From: an uncultured virus (IMG/VR IMGVR_UViG_3300024255_000019)
Taxonomy: Duplodnaviria > Heunggongvirae > Uroviricota > Caudoviricetes
Virus record (IMG/VR): IMGVR_UViG_3300024255_000019
Length of the DNA stretch: 20,000 nucleotides
Reading direction: 5' to 3' (one strand)
Part shown: piece by piece, positions 1 to 8,357 of the stretch
Position numbering within the stretch: position 1 is the stretch's first letter
Layout of the letters: each line of letters opens with the position of its first letter
Notes under the pieces: generated by a model
Seen by the model: only the letters and a program-made list of their open reading frames with translations
Database searches by the model: none
What the model was told of the DNA's origin: nothing
Program-made: the position numbers and the translations under genes

Positions 1-132
1 ATTACAGAAGGCAGATTTGAAGATACTAATAAAATCTTTGAGAAGCCAGAAGCTGTAGACCATATCATACACACGTGGCGACAAGACGTACATGTTACTC
101 TTGCAGCTATCATTAGAGCGAGATATGAGTGA
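1..132 (+). CDS. 3' end of a probable phage adenylylsulfate (APS) kinase-like P-loop protein (partial)
   Basis: Frame 1 is open from the window start: ITEGRFEDTNKIFEKPEAVDHIIHTWRQDVHVTLAAIIRARYE*, TGA at 130-132. GRFEDTNKxFExP resembles the C-terminal region of phage CysC-like kinases. The DUF2061 and nucleotidyltransferase neighbours fit. Confidence 0.5.
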   Translation: MTEGRFEDTNKIFEKPEAVDHIIHTWRQDVHVTLAAIIRARYE

Positions 133-343
133 AGTAACAAAAGCTAGACATTTAGCAAAAGCAGTTACATGGAGAATTATAGCAAGTATAACTACAGCAT
201 CAATTGCATTATATTTTGGTTTACCTCAAAAAGCAGTAGGCGCAGTATTTCTTGCTGATATAGTAATAAAATTTGTATTGTATTATGGGCATGAACGCTT
301 ATGGTACAATCATATAAAATTTGGAGTAAAGGAAAATGATTGA
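125..343 (+). CDS. DUF2061-family small membrane protein
   Basis: Start chosen at ATG 125 (MSEVTKARH), which overlaps the upstream stop. Motifs KAVTWR...KFVLYYGHERLW and two hydrophobic segments match DUF2061. Confidence 0.75.
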   Translation: MSEVTKARHLAKAVTWRIIASITTASIALYFGLPQKAVGAVFLADIVIKFVLYYGHERLWYNHIKFGVKEND

Positions 344-761
344 TATTGAGAAGATGTTCGATTATAAAAAGCCAACTGTGCAAATGTTAGGCAGATGGCA
401 ACCGTGGCATGATGGCCATACAGAATTATTTAAAAAGTGTTTGACAATTACAGGACAAGTTGTTATAATGGTACGTGACGTGTTTAAATTCGAAGGTGAT
501 GCTGGAGCAGGTCGTACTGGAGTACAAGACGACAATCCATTTGGTATGATACAAACCATTGAAGGTATTGAAAAAGGATTATCAGAGCATGGTTATTATA
601 ATGGCCAACAGTATCTGATTTTAGAAGTACCAAACATTGTTGACATTAGCTATGGGCGTGGAGTAGGTTACACATTTACAGAGCATGATTTAGGAAAAGA
701 TATTCACGAGATATCTGCAACAAAAATTCGTAAAGAAATGAGAGAAGAAGGTAAATTATGA
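336..761 (+). CDS. Cytidylyltransferase-like (HIGH superfamily) nucleotidyltransferase
   Basis: N-terminal GRWQPWHDGH (HxGH) motif, DNPF motif and C-terminal ISATKIR (KMSKS-equivalent). Confidence 0.75.
   Translation: MIDIEKMFDYKKPTVQMLGRWQPWHDGHTELFKKCLTITGQVVIMVRDVFKFEGDAGAGRTGVQDDNPFGMIQTIEGIEKGLSEHGYYNGQQYLILEVPNIVDISYGRGVGYTFTEHDLGKDIHEISATKIRKEMREEGKL
441..469 (+). promoter_or_regulatory. Intragenic sigma70-type promoter
   Basis: TTGACA (441-446), 17-bp spacer, TG-T-TATAAT (-10 at 464-469). Same architecture as the intergenic promoters of this window. Confidence 0.65.
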
Positions 762-1369
762 GATTAGTACCAAGTACTGACCCAATCCTTACTAAGGGAC
801 TGGAAGAGTTTGATTTTGAAAAAGTCAAAGAAATATTTGCAGATGCTGCAGACTTGAAAGAACAGATGGTTGACCTTATGGTAAAACATAAAGGTATTGG
901 ATTATCAGCTTGTCAAGTTGGATTAAACATGCGTTGTTTTGTAATTGGAGAAACAAGAGAATCTGCCATTATGGTAATCAATCCAAAAATACTTGGGTTT
1001 AGTGAAGAAACAGAATTAGCTCCAGAAGGTTGTCTAAGCTTTCCAGATATGTTTTTACAAATTGCTAGACCATCACAAGTATCAGCTGAATGGCTAGACG
1101 AACATGGTGAAAAACAAAGTGGAACTCTTGATGGATATGGTGCTCGATGCTTCTTGCATGAGTTTGACCATCTTAACGGAGTAGTATTTAGAAATAAAGT
1201 ATCTCGTCTTAAATGGGAAAGAGCCCAAAAGAAAAAATCTAAAATTACAAAACAGCGTAACCAAGTAATGCAATACATGAAAATCTTAGAGCAAGCAGAA
1301 AAGAATAAAGCTGCAGTTGCTCAACAAGAAGAATCTGTAACGCTAGACTTGAGTACAGACAAGGACTAA
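758..1369 (+). CDS. def: Peptide deformylase
   Basis: All three PDF motifs are present: GIGLSACQVG, EGCLS and HEFDH. Confidence 0.95.
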   Translation: MRLVPSTDPILTKGLEEFDFEKVKEIFADAADLKEQMVDLMVKHKGIGLSACQVGLNMRCFVIGETRESAIMVINPKILGFSEETELAPEGCLSFPDMFLQIARPSQVSAEWLDEHGEKQSGTLDGYGARCFLHEFDHLNGVVFRNKVSRLKWERAQKKKSKITKQRNQVMQYMKILEQAEKNKAAVAQQEESVTLDLSTDKD

Positions 1370-1370
1370 A

Positions 1371-2432
1371 ATGAAGATTGCGATCGTAACAGACTTACAC
1401 TTTGGCGCTCGAGGAGATAGCCGAGTATTCCATGAAGTACAAAGAAAGTTTTTCCAAGAGGTATTCTTTCCTTATGTAGACGAACAAGGTATCACAACTG
1501 TGTTTGACCTTGGTGACACCTTTGATAGAAGAAAGTATGTTAACTTCGTAAGTTTAGACAGGTGTCGTGAGTTCTTCTTTGATGAGCTTAACAAACGTAA
1601 AATTGATTTTCATTGCTTAATTGGTAATCACGATATCTATTATACCAATACAAATAGCATTAACAGCATGAATCTATTATTGCAAGACTATAAACACTTT
1701 AATCTATATGAAGATAAAGCTGAGCATATTGAGATTGGTTCAACAACATTCTTGATGCTACCTTGGATTAATAAAGAAAATGCAGAATATAATTACAAGA
1801 TGCTTGCCGAAAGTAAAGCTGATGTAGTTATGGGTCACCTTGAAGTCAAAGGATTTGAGATGTTAAAAGGTGTTCCATGTACTCACGGTACAGAAATGGA
1901 AGTATTTAAGAATTTTGAAGATGTTTACTCTGGTCATTTCCATCACCCATCTCGCTATGGAAATGTAGAATATCTCGGAGCACCCTATGAAATGACTTGG
2001 TCAGATTATAATGGTAGCCGTGGATTCCATGTCTTCGATACTGAAACAAGAGAGATGACCAAACACGAAAACCCTAACAAAGTCTTTTATAAAATAGATT
2101 ATGATGATTCAGATTGGACAGTGGATACTGTAGCCAATTTTGATGTTGACAAATATAAAGATACATTTGTAAAGGTAATTGTGAAAAACCGTACCAATGC
2201 TTATTTGTATGACCTCTTTATGAGTCGTATGAGTGAGTCTGGTGCAGTTGATGTCAAGGCAATTGATGATAATCTTAACCTTGAACATGTCGGAGTCGAT
2301 GAAGTACTTGACGAAACAAAAGACACTGGAGAAATCCTTCACCAGTATATAGATAGTATAGAGACCCAAGTCGATAAAGGAAGAGTAAAACAAGTTATCG
2401 ACGACTTATATCATGAGGCCCTTAGTTTATAA
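1371..2432 (+). CDS. gp47: Recombination endonuclease subunit gp47 (Mre11/SbcD-like)
   Basis: Metallophosphoesterase motifs DLH, GDTFD, GNHD and GHFH; directly upstream of gp46. Confidence 0.95.
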   Translation: MKIAIVTDLHFGARGDSRVFHEVQRKFFQEVFFPYVDEQGITTVFDLGDTFDRRKYVNFVSLDRCREFFFDELNKRKIDFHCLIGNHDIYYTNTNSINSMNLLLQDYKHFNLYEDKAEHIEIGSTTFLMLPWINKENAEYNYKMLAESKADVVMGHLEVKGFEMLKGVPCTHGTEMEVFKNFEDVYSGHFHHPSRYGNVEYLGAPYEMTWSDYNGSRGFHVFDTETREMTKHENPNKVFYKIDYDDSDWTVDTVANFDVDKYKDTFVKVIVKNRTNAYLYDLFMSRMSESGAVDVKAIDDNLNLEHVGVDEVLDETKDTGEILHQYIDSIETQVDKGRVKQVIDDLYHEALSL

Positions 2433-4144
2433 TGCGAATTCAATTTAAGAAAATTAAATACAAAAACATATTATCCACAGGAAACAACTTTACCACAATT
2501 GATTTTGATACCAAACCAACCACTCTAATCAGTGGTACTAACGGTTCGGGTAAGAGCACATTGCTTGATGCGATCGTGTTCGGTCTATACGGAAAGCCAT
2601 TTCGTAAAGTCAACAAAGGTCAGTTAATCAATACAATTAATAACAAAGAGTTGTTGGTTGAGATTTACTTTCAAGTTGGTGGTAAGAACTATATGGTTAA
2701 ACGAGGAATGAGACCCGTTGTATTTGAAATCTATCAAGATGGTCAACTCATTAACCAAGACGCAGCAAAGAAAGATTACCAAGAGTATCTAGAAACATCT
2801 ATTATTGGTATTAATTATAAATCTTTTAATCAGATTGTTGTACTTGGTTCAGCTACCTATGTTCCCTTTATGGAATTACATGCTGGAGCAAGAAGAGATA
2901 TCATTGAGGATTTACTAGACATTCAAGTATTCAGTACAATGGGATGGTTAGCTAAAGACCAAATGAAAGAAACAACTGATGACATCAATGATAATGCTTA
3001 TCAGATTGAGTTAACAGAATCTAAAATCGAAAGCGCTAAAGAGAATAACAACGAGATTCGTAAGATTAAAGAAGTTGAAGTATCTAAAATTAAAGAACGT
3101 ATGGGTGTAGAAATAGATGCTGTAGAATCTAAAAACGAAATCATCGATACACAAGATGAGATTATTAAAACTCTTTATGATGATATATCCGATAAAGCTG
3201 ACGAGAAAGAAAAATTCCAAGAGGCTACAGAAAAGAGAGCAGAACTTGAACGAATGCGTATTGCGTTTGATAAAGAGCTTAGTTTCTATGAGCACAATGA
3301 TGATTGCCCAACCTGTAAACAAGGTATTGAGCACGACTTTAAACAAGAACAAATTAATAATAAGAACGAACAAAAAGAAGATATCGAAAGAGGATTAGCT
3401 GCAACAGCAAAAACAATTAAGACACACCAAGACAGACTCAACTCAATATCTAAAGTCGAAACACAAATACAAAATGTTAACTTCAAAATCTCAGAGTATC
3501 GTGCTGAAATCAAAATGTCTAAGAATGCTTTAGTAGCTATGAAGAAAGAATTAGATAATGCACAAAGAGAAGTAGATGAAGTTGATGTTAGTAAACTTTT
3601 AAAATTAGAAAAAGACTTAGCAAAGAAACAAGAACAGAGAACAGAACTTCTTGATGAACGAGAAGTACTCAGTGTTGTTAGAACTATACTACAAGATGGT
3701 GGCATCAAAGCTCGTATTATCAGTCAGTATATTCCAGTTATGAATAAGCTTATAAACAAATATTTAGCTGCATTCGACCTCTTCGTTGACTTCCAACTTG
3801 ATGAGAACTTCAATGAGATTATCAAATCTCGTTTCAGAGATAAGTTCTCTTATGCTTCTTTTTCAGAAGGTGAGAAACTACGTATTACACTTGCGATCAT
3901 GCTAACATGGCGATCAGTTGCTAAATTACGTAACTCAGTATCTACAAATCTTCTTATACTTGATGAAACTCTAGATGGTGCACTTGATAGTGTAGGTATC
4001 GAAAGTTTAATTGAAACTCTGCACAGCTTGAATGCTGATGACAATGTATTCGTTATCTCACATAGAGGTGACCAATTCGCAGAGAAATTTGACACTAGTA
4101 TCACGTTCCAAAAGGTGAAAAACTTTAGTGAGATTGCTGCATAA
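2432..4144 (+). CDS. gp46: Recombination ATPase subunit gp46 (Rad50/SbcC-like)
   Basis: Walker A GTNGSGKST, coiled coil with CPTC zinc hook, signature FSEGE, Walker B LILDE, and H-loop ISH. Confidence 0.95.
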   Translation: MRIQFKKIKYKNILSTGNNFTTIDFDTKPTTLISGTNGSGKSTLLDAIVFGLYGKPFRKVNKGQLINTINNKELLVEIYFQVGGKNYMVKRGMRPVVFEIYQDGQLINQDAAKKDYQEYLETSIIGINYKSFNQIVVLGSATYVPFMELHAGARRDIIEDLLDIQVFSTMGWLAKDQMKETTDDINDNAYQIELTESKIESAKENNNEIRKIKEVEVSKIKERMGVEIDAVESKNEIIDTQDEIIKTLYDDISDKADEKEKFQEATEKRAELERMRIAFDKELSFYEHNDDCPTCKQGIEHDFKQEQINNKNEQKEDIERGLAATAKTIKTHQDRLNSISKVETQIQNVNFKISEYRAEIKMSKNALVAMKKELDNAQREVDEVDVSKLLKLEKDLAKKQEQRTELLDEREVLSVVRTILQDGGIKARIISQYIPVMNKLINKYLAAFDLFVDFQLDENFNEIIKSRFRDKFSYASFSEGEKLRITLAIMLTWRSVAKLRNSVSTNLLILDETLDGALDSVGIESLIETLHSLNADDNVFVISHRGDQFAEKFDTSITFQKVKNFSEIAA

Positions 4145-4149
4145 AGTAG

Positions 4150-4178
4150 TTGACAAATCTCTCAGAACGTGTTATAAT
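4150..4178 (+). promoter_or_regulatory. Sigma70-type early promoter of gp43
   Basis: TTGACA, 17-bp spacer, TATAAT with extended -10 TGn; intergenic. Confidence 0.85.
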
Positions 4179-4201
4179 AGTCCCTTACAATATGGAATAA
4201 T

Positions 4202-6748
4202 ATGAGTATGACTTCATTCTACACTTCAGTCGAGCGTTACGGCAATAATATCTTGCATCGTGGTTACGAAAACGGTAAACGTTTTTCATATCGCGTTCCT
4301 TATAAGCCAACTCTCTACTTACATACACCAAAATCCGGTGACGAGGGATATACTTCTCTTAAAGGTAATTTACCATTGAGTCCACAGCAGTTTGGCTCGA
4401 TGCGTGAATCCAAAGAATTTACTGAAGAATACAAAGGTGTTCACGGTATGAAAATCTTTGGTAACACAAACTATACTGCTCAATTTATCCAAGAAAATTA
4501 TCCCGACGATGTACGTTATGACATTAACCAAGTCAACATCGTCAGCTTCGACATCGAGGTCGATATCAGTGACGGGTATGCAAACACAGAATATGCTGAC
4601 AAAGAAATCACATCTATTGCATACAAATCTTCAAAATCAAATATCTATTATTTGCTTGGTCGTAAAGACTTTGACAAGACTCAAACTATCACTGGTATTG
4701 ACCCCGATAATATTATGTTCATCAAGTTTGACTCAGAGGTACAATTACTGAGACGCTTTGTTGAGATATGGGTATCTGATTATCCTGATGTTGTAACAGG
4801 TTGGAACGTCCAATACTTTGACATTCAGTATATTGTGACTCGTATTACAAATCTATGTGGTGAAGAGTTATCAAAACGACTCAGCCCTTGGAATAATATT
4901 CGTAAATATTCGCGAGAAGTATTTGGTAAGGTACAATCATCTTACACAATTTCAGGTGTTGCTGTTATTGACTATATGGATGCATTCAAAAAGTTTGGTT
5001 ACAAATACGGACCACAAGAATCTTACAGACTTGACCATATTGCAAATGTTGTACTCGGTGAAAAGAAACTTGACTATTCTGAATATGGTAACTTGACTGC
5101 TCTTTACGAACAGAATCCACAACTCTATCTCGACTATAACTTAAAAGATACACAGCTTATTGAAAGGCTCGAAGAGGAAACATCTCTACTTGCTCTTGTG
5201 ATGACTGTTGCTTATGGTGGTGGAGTTAACTATAACGATGCATTTGGTACTGTTGGTATCTGGGAATCTATTATCTATCGTAAACTTATGAAAGATAAAA
5301 TTGTTCCACCAATTAAAGAATCACCAGGTCAACGAGGTTCTGGTCTTGTAGGTGGTTATGTTAAAGACCCTAAACCTGCAATGTACCCTTGGGTAGTATC
5401 ATTTGACTTGAACTCACTATATCCTCACTTGATGTTACAATACAATATGTCACCTGAAACTTATTCGCATGACGACCGTGAGTATGTAACTCAAGACATG
5501 GTACTCAAAGGTGAGTTTAAAAATACAAACAAAGATTATTCAGTTGCAGCCAATGGTGCATGTTTCAGTAATAAAAAGATGGGTATCATTCCAGAGATTA
5601 TTGATGAGTACTATAATAACCGTGCCAAAATCAAACAACAGATGCTTGCAGTTGAACAACAACTTGAAGTTGAAACTGACCCAGCTGAAAAGAAAAAGTT
5701 AAAGACAGAAGCTAACCAATTACATAATTCTCAGATGTCCATAAAGATTTCTATGAACTCACTTTATGGTGCTACAGCAAACATATATTTCTTATACTAT
5801 ATTAATGATATGGCTGAAGCTATTACAACATCTGGCCAGCTCAGTATTCGATATGCAGAAAAATCTGTAAACGATTATCTTAACAAAGTACTTAAAACAA
5901 CTAACAAAGACTATGTTATCTATATTGATACTGACTCAGTCTATGTTGACTTTGCTTCACTCATTGAACAAGTATATGGTACGACAGACATTGATCGCAA
6001 GACTGGAGAAGAGTTCTTAGATAAAGTCTGTAAATCAAAAATTGAAGAAATCATTGAAGCAGGTTACGAAACTCTTGCATCTGATATGGGTGCCTATCGT
6101 AATGCGATGGTAATGAAAAGAGAGAAAATCAATGACCGTGCAATCTTCATTGCAAAGAAACGATACATACTGAATACTCTCAACTCAGAAGGTGTTCACT
6201 ATGAAAAACCAAAAATCTCTGTTACAGGACTTGAAAGTGTTCGTTCATCTACTCCAGAGATATGTCGTGACAAGATGCGAGAAATCTTCAACGTAATTCT
6301 AAACGAAGGTGAAGAGCAAACTCAAAAATTCATTAGTGACTTTAAACAAGAATTCTTTAAACTACCTGCACAGGTTGTTGCTCGTAACTCAGGTACTGAT
6401 AACATTGAGAAGTATATGACCAAGGGTGGTTACAAGAAAGGCTGTCCTATACATGTTCGTGGTTGTATCTTGTTTAACCATTATCTTAAAGAGAAAGGTC
6501 TCAGTAAACGATACGAGTCCGTTCAGTCAGGCGATAAGATTAAGTTCGTCTATCTCAGAGTACCAAACCCACTTCGTGAAAATGTAATATCATTTCCAAA
6601 TGTTCTACCAAAAGAACTTGGACTCGAGCAATATATAGATTACGAAACACAATTTAACAAAGTTTTTCTCAGTCCCATAGAGCATATCATTGAAGCTCTC
6701 GGCTGGACTTCAGAAAAACAAGATAACCTTGACGACTTTTTTAGTTGA
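4202..6748 (+). CDS. gp43: Family B DNA polymerase gp43
   Basis: Exonuclease motifs FDIE, GWNVQYFD and YNLKD. Polymerase motifs SFDLNSLYP, KISMNSLYG and YIDTDS. C-terminal clamp-binding-like LDDFF. No intein or intron visible. Confidence 0.97.
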   Translation: MSMTSFYTSVERYGNNILHRGYENGKRFSYRVPYKPTLYLHTPKSGDEGYTSLKGNLPLSPQQFGSMRESKEFTEEYKGVHGMKIFGNTNYTAQFIQENYPDDVRYDINQVNIVSFDIEVDISDGYANTEYADKEITSIAYKSSKSNIYYLLGRKDFDKTQTITGIDPDNIMFIKFDSEVQLLRRFVEIWVSDYPDVVTGWNVQYFDIQYIVTRITNLCGEELSKRLSPWNNIRKYSREVFGKVQSSYTISGVAVIDYMDAFKKFGYKYGPQESYRLDHIANVVLGEKKLDYSEYGNLTALYEQNPQLYLDYNLKDTQLIERLEEETSLLALVMTVAYGGGVNYNDAFGTVGIWESIIYRKLMKDKIVPPIKESPGQRGSGLVGGYVKDPKPAMYPWVVSFDLNSLYPHLMLQYNMSPETYSHDDREYVTQDMVLKGEFKNTNKDYSVAANGACFSNKKMGIIPEIIDEYYNNRAKIKQQMLAVEQQLEVETDPAEKKKLKTEANQLHNSQMSIKISMNSLYGATANIYFLYYINDMAEAITTSGQLSIRYAEKSVNDYLNKVLKTTNKDYVIYIDTDSVYVDFASLIEQVYGTTDIDRKTGEEFLDKVCKSKIEEIIEAGYETLASDMGAYRNAMVMKREKINDRAIFIAKKRYILNTLNSEGVHYEKPKISVTGLESVRSSTPEICRDKMREIFNVILNEGEEQTQKFISDFKQEFFKLPAQVVARNSGTDNIEKYMTKGGYKKGCPIHVRGCILFNHYLKEKGLSKRYESVQSGDKIKFVYLRVPNPLRENVISFPNVLPKELGLEQYIDYETQFNKVFLSPIEHIIEALGWTSEKQDNLDDFFS

Positions 6749-6773
6749 CAAATACAAACAAACGTGTTATAAT
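6745..6773 (+). promoter_or_regulatory. Sigma70-type early promoter
   Basis: TTGACA (overlapping the gp43 TGA stop), 17-bp spacer, TG-T-TATAAT. Confidence 0.85.
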
Positions 6774-6796
6774 ATAACACAATTATGGAGAACATT

Positions 6797-7084
6797 ATGA
6801 AAGATGTACAATTAGTAAGACTAGTAACAGGTGAAGAAGTTGTTGCAGAAGTTAGTTACGATAAGGGATTTTATACCCTAACAGACGCAATTCTGCTAGT
6901 CCCAGCAGGAGAAGGTAAAATTGGAATGGTTCCATTTGTACCTTATGCAAAACGTGAACCAGTCGTTATCGGCGAAGCTCATGTTATGTTCCAATTAACT
7001 CCTGCAGATGAGTTAAAAAGACAAGTGATTGAAGCTACCACAGGTATTTTGATGCCAGGTAACGACGGACTTAAATTAGTATAA
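6797..7084 (+). CDS. Phage Sm-like domain protein
   Basis: Start chosen at ATG 6797 behind a GGAG SD. N-terminus VQLVRLVTGEEVVAEV and MVPFVPY are typical of T4-like phage Sm-like proteins. Confidence 0.55.
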   Translation: MKDVQLVRLVTGEEVVAEVSYDKGFYTLTDAILLVPAGEGKIGMVPFVPYAKREPVVIGEAHVMFQLTPADELKRQVIEATTGILMPGNDGLKLV

Positions 7085-7093
7085 GGAGATAAA

Positions 7094-7321
7094 ATGGTAA
7101 AAATATATGGCAAACCATCATGTGGTTATTGTGTAATGGCTGAATCGTTGTGTAAACAAAAGAGCGTTCCATATCAATATCTCAGTTTAGATAAAGATTA
7201 TACAACTGAAGAATTTTTTGAAACTTTCCCTGGTGCAAGAACCTTCCCACAAATTCAAATCGAAGGTGAAAACATCGGTGGATATACTGAATTAGAAAAG
7301 AGGTTAAAGTTAAATACATGA
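7094..7321 (+). CDS. Glutaredoxin (NrdC-like)
   Basis: CGYC active site, TFPQI cis-Pro motif, IGGY; strong AAGGAG SD. Confidence 0.92.
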   Translation: MVKIYGKPSCGYCVMAESLCKQKSVPYQYLSLDKDYTTEEFFETFPGARTFPQIQIEGENIGGYTELEKRLKLNT

Positions 7322-7641
7322 AATATAAAATCTTAACAGTAGCAACTTTATTTGCTATCGGTCTTACAGCACAAGCAGAAGAAAGGCTTGATAGTTATAA
7401 AGAAATCAGACCAGTGTGGAAAACCTGTGCAGCATGTCATGGCCCACAAGGTCAAGGTGGCATCGGTCCAAAACTCGCAGGACAAAGTACTGATGACATT
7501 ATCAGTAAGCTTTTAAAATATAAAGCTGGTGAAACAGTTGGACCACAATCTATGTTGATGTGGGGAACAGCTAAAGGTTTAACTGATGGACAAATTGGTA
7601 CCATCAGCGTATACATTACACAAGGATTTCCAAATGAGTAA
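7318..7641 (+). CDS. Exported monoheme class I cytochrome c (c553-like)
   Basis: Sec signal peptide MKYKILTVATLFAIGLTAQA, heme motif CAACH, GPKLAGQ, and a candidate distal Met in QSMLM. Confidence 0.88.
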   Translation: MKYKILTVATLFAIGLTAQAEERLDSYKEIRPVWKTCAACHGPQGQGGIGPKLAGQSTDDIISKLLKYKAGETVGPQSMLMWGTAKGLTDGQIGTISVYITQGFPNE

Positions 7642-8044
7642 AAATTGGGTAGAAGATATCCATGTCATGCAAGGTAAATATCTTACAAGACAATGGGTAG
7701 AAAAGAATCCAGAGAAACTACAAAAGTTTCTTGAGTTTCGTGTTGACTTTCTTAATGAAGAGTTAGAAGAAACTCGTAAAGCTGTATCTGAATATGATGC
7801 AGAAGAGATTGTAGATGGATTAATTGACCTATGTGTTGTAGCTATTGGTACACTTGATGCATTTGGAGTTGACCCTTATAAAGCTTGGGACGAAGTACTT
7901 AAAGCGAACATGAACAAAGAGGTAGGTGAAAAGCCATCTAGGCCAAATCCACTCGGAGTACCAGACTTAATTAAACCAGATACATGGTACCCACCTTCGC
8001 ATGAAGGTAACCATGGTAAATTTGCAAACTTAAAAGGAGAATAA
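7634..8044 (+). CDS. MazG-like / PRA-PH all-alpha NTP pyrophosphohydrolase
   Basis: Start chosen at ATG 7634 (MSKNW). Acidic motifs EELEE and EIVDGLIDL, plus ANMNK and DLIKP-x-W. Confidence 0.75.
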   Translation: MSKNWVEDIHVMQGKYLTRQWVEKNPEKLQKFLEFRVDFLNEELEETRKAVSEYDAEEIVDGLIDLCVVAIGTLDAFGVDPYKAWDEVLKANMNKEVGEKPSRPNPLGVPDLIKPDTWYPPSHEGNHGKFANLKGE

Positions 8045-8046
8045 AA

Positions 8047-8289
8047 ATGGCAATGAAAGAACTATCAATGAAAGAACTATTAGTGAATGCACTCATTTCT
8101 AAATATGAAGCAGCGATCGCAGAACACACAGCAAACATAGCAGTAATGCTTGAGCAAGGTGTTGGAGTAGCTGAACATCCAGGTATTGTTGAAACATTGG
8201 ATTTAGAAATGGCTAAACTTGCTGAAGCTGAAGATAAACTCAGTACAGCAAAACAATTTTGTGCACCAATTCCACCTAAAGTTGTATAA
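8047..8289 (+). CDS. Conserved hypothetical protein of marine T4-like phages
   Basis: AAGGAG SD. The helical HTANIAV...GVAEHPGIVE pattern recalls a small protein common in marine myoviruses. Confidence 0.6.
   Translation: MAMKELSMKELLVNALISKYEAAIAEHTANIAVMLEQGVGVAEHPGIVETLDLEMAKLAEAEDKLSTAKQFCAPIPPKVV
8051..8080 (+). repeat. Perfect 15-bp tandem duplication (CAATGAAAGAACTAT x2)
   Basis: 8051-8065 equals 8066-8080; in frame, giving MKELS/MKELL. Confidence 0.9.
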
Positions 8290-8291
8290 AA

Positions 8292-8335
8292 TACAAATAA
8301 TGGTTGACAAACACACATTAGTGTGTTATAATAAC
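8292..8335 (+). repeat. 44-bp promoter-containing direct repeat, copy 1 (copy 2 at 14654-14697)
   Basis: 40 of 44 positions identical, including a 19-bp exact block TACAAATAATGGTTGACAA. Confidence 0.9.
8304..8332 (+). promoter_or_regulatory. Sigma70-type early promoter with palindromic spacer
   Basis: TTGACA, 17-bp spacer, TATAAT. The inverted repeat AACACAC-ATTA-GTGTGTT spans 8310-8327. Confidence 0.85.
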
Positions 8336-8357
8336 ATTTTATATTATGGAGTAAGCG

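Noticed and set aside
4179..4201. T4-type gp43 autoregulatory operator hairpin
   Set aside because: The leader is short and I see no stem-loop.
4202..6748. Intein, intron or split in the DNA polymerase
   Set aside because: Continuous 848-aa ORF with normally spaced motifs.
8113..8120. HIP1 octamer GCGATCGC as evidence of a cyanobacterial host
   Set aside because: Only one perfect copy and no photosynthesis genes in the window; handled under the GATC-context finding instead.
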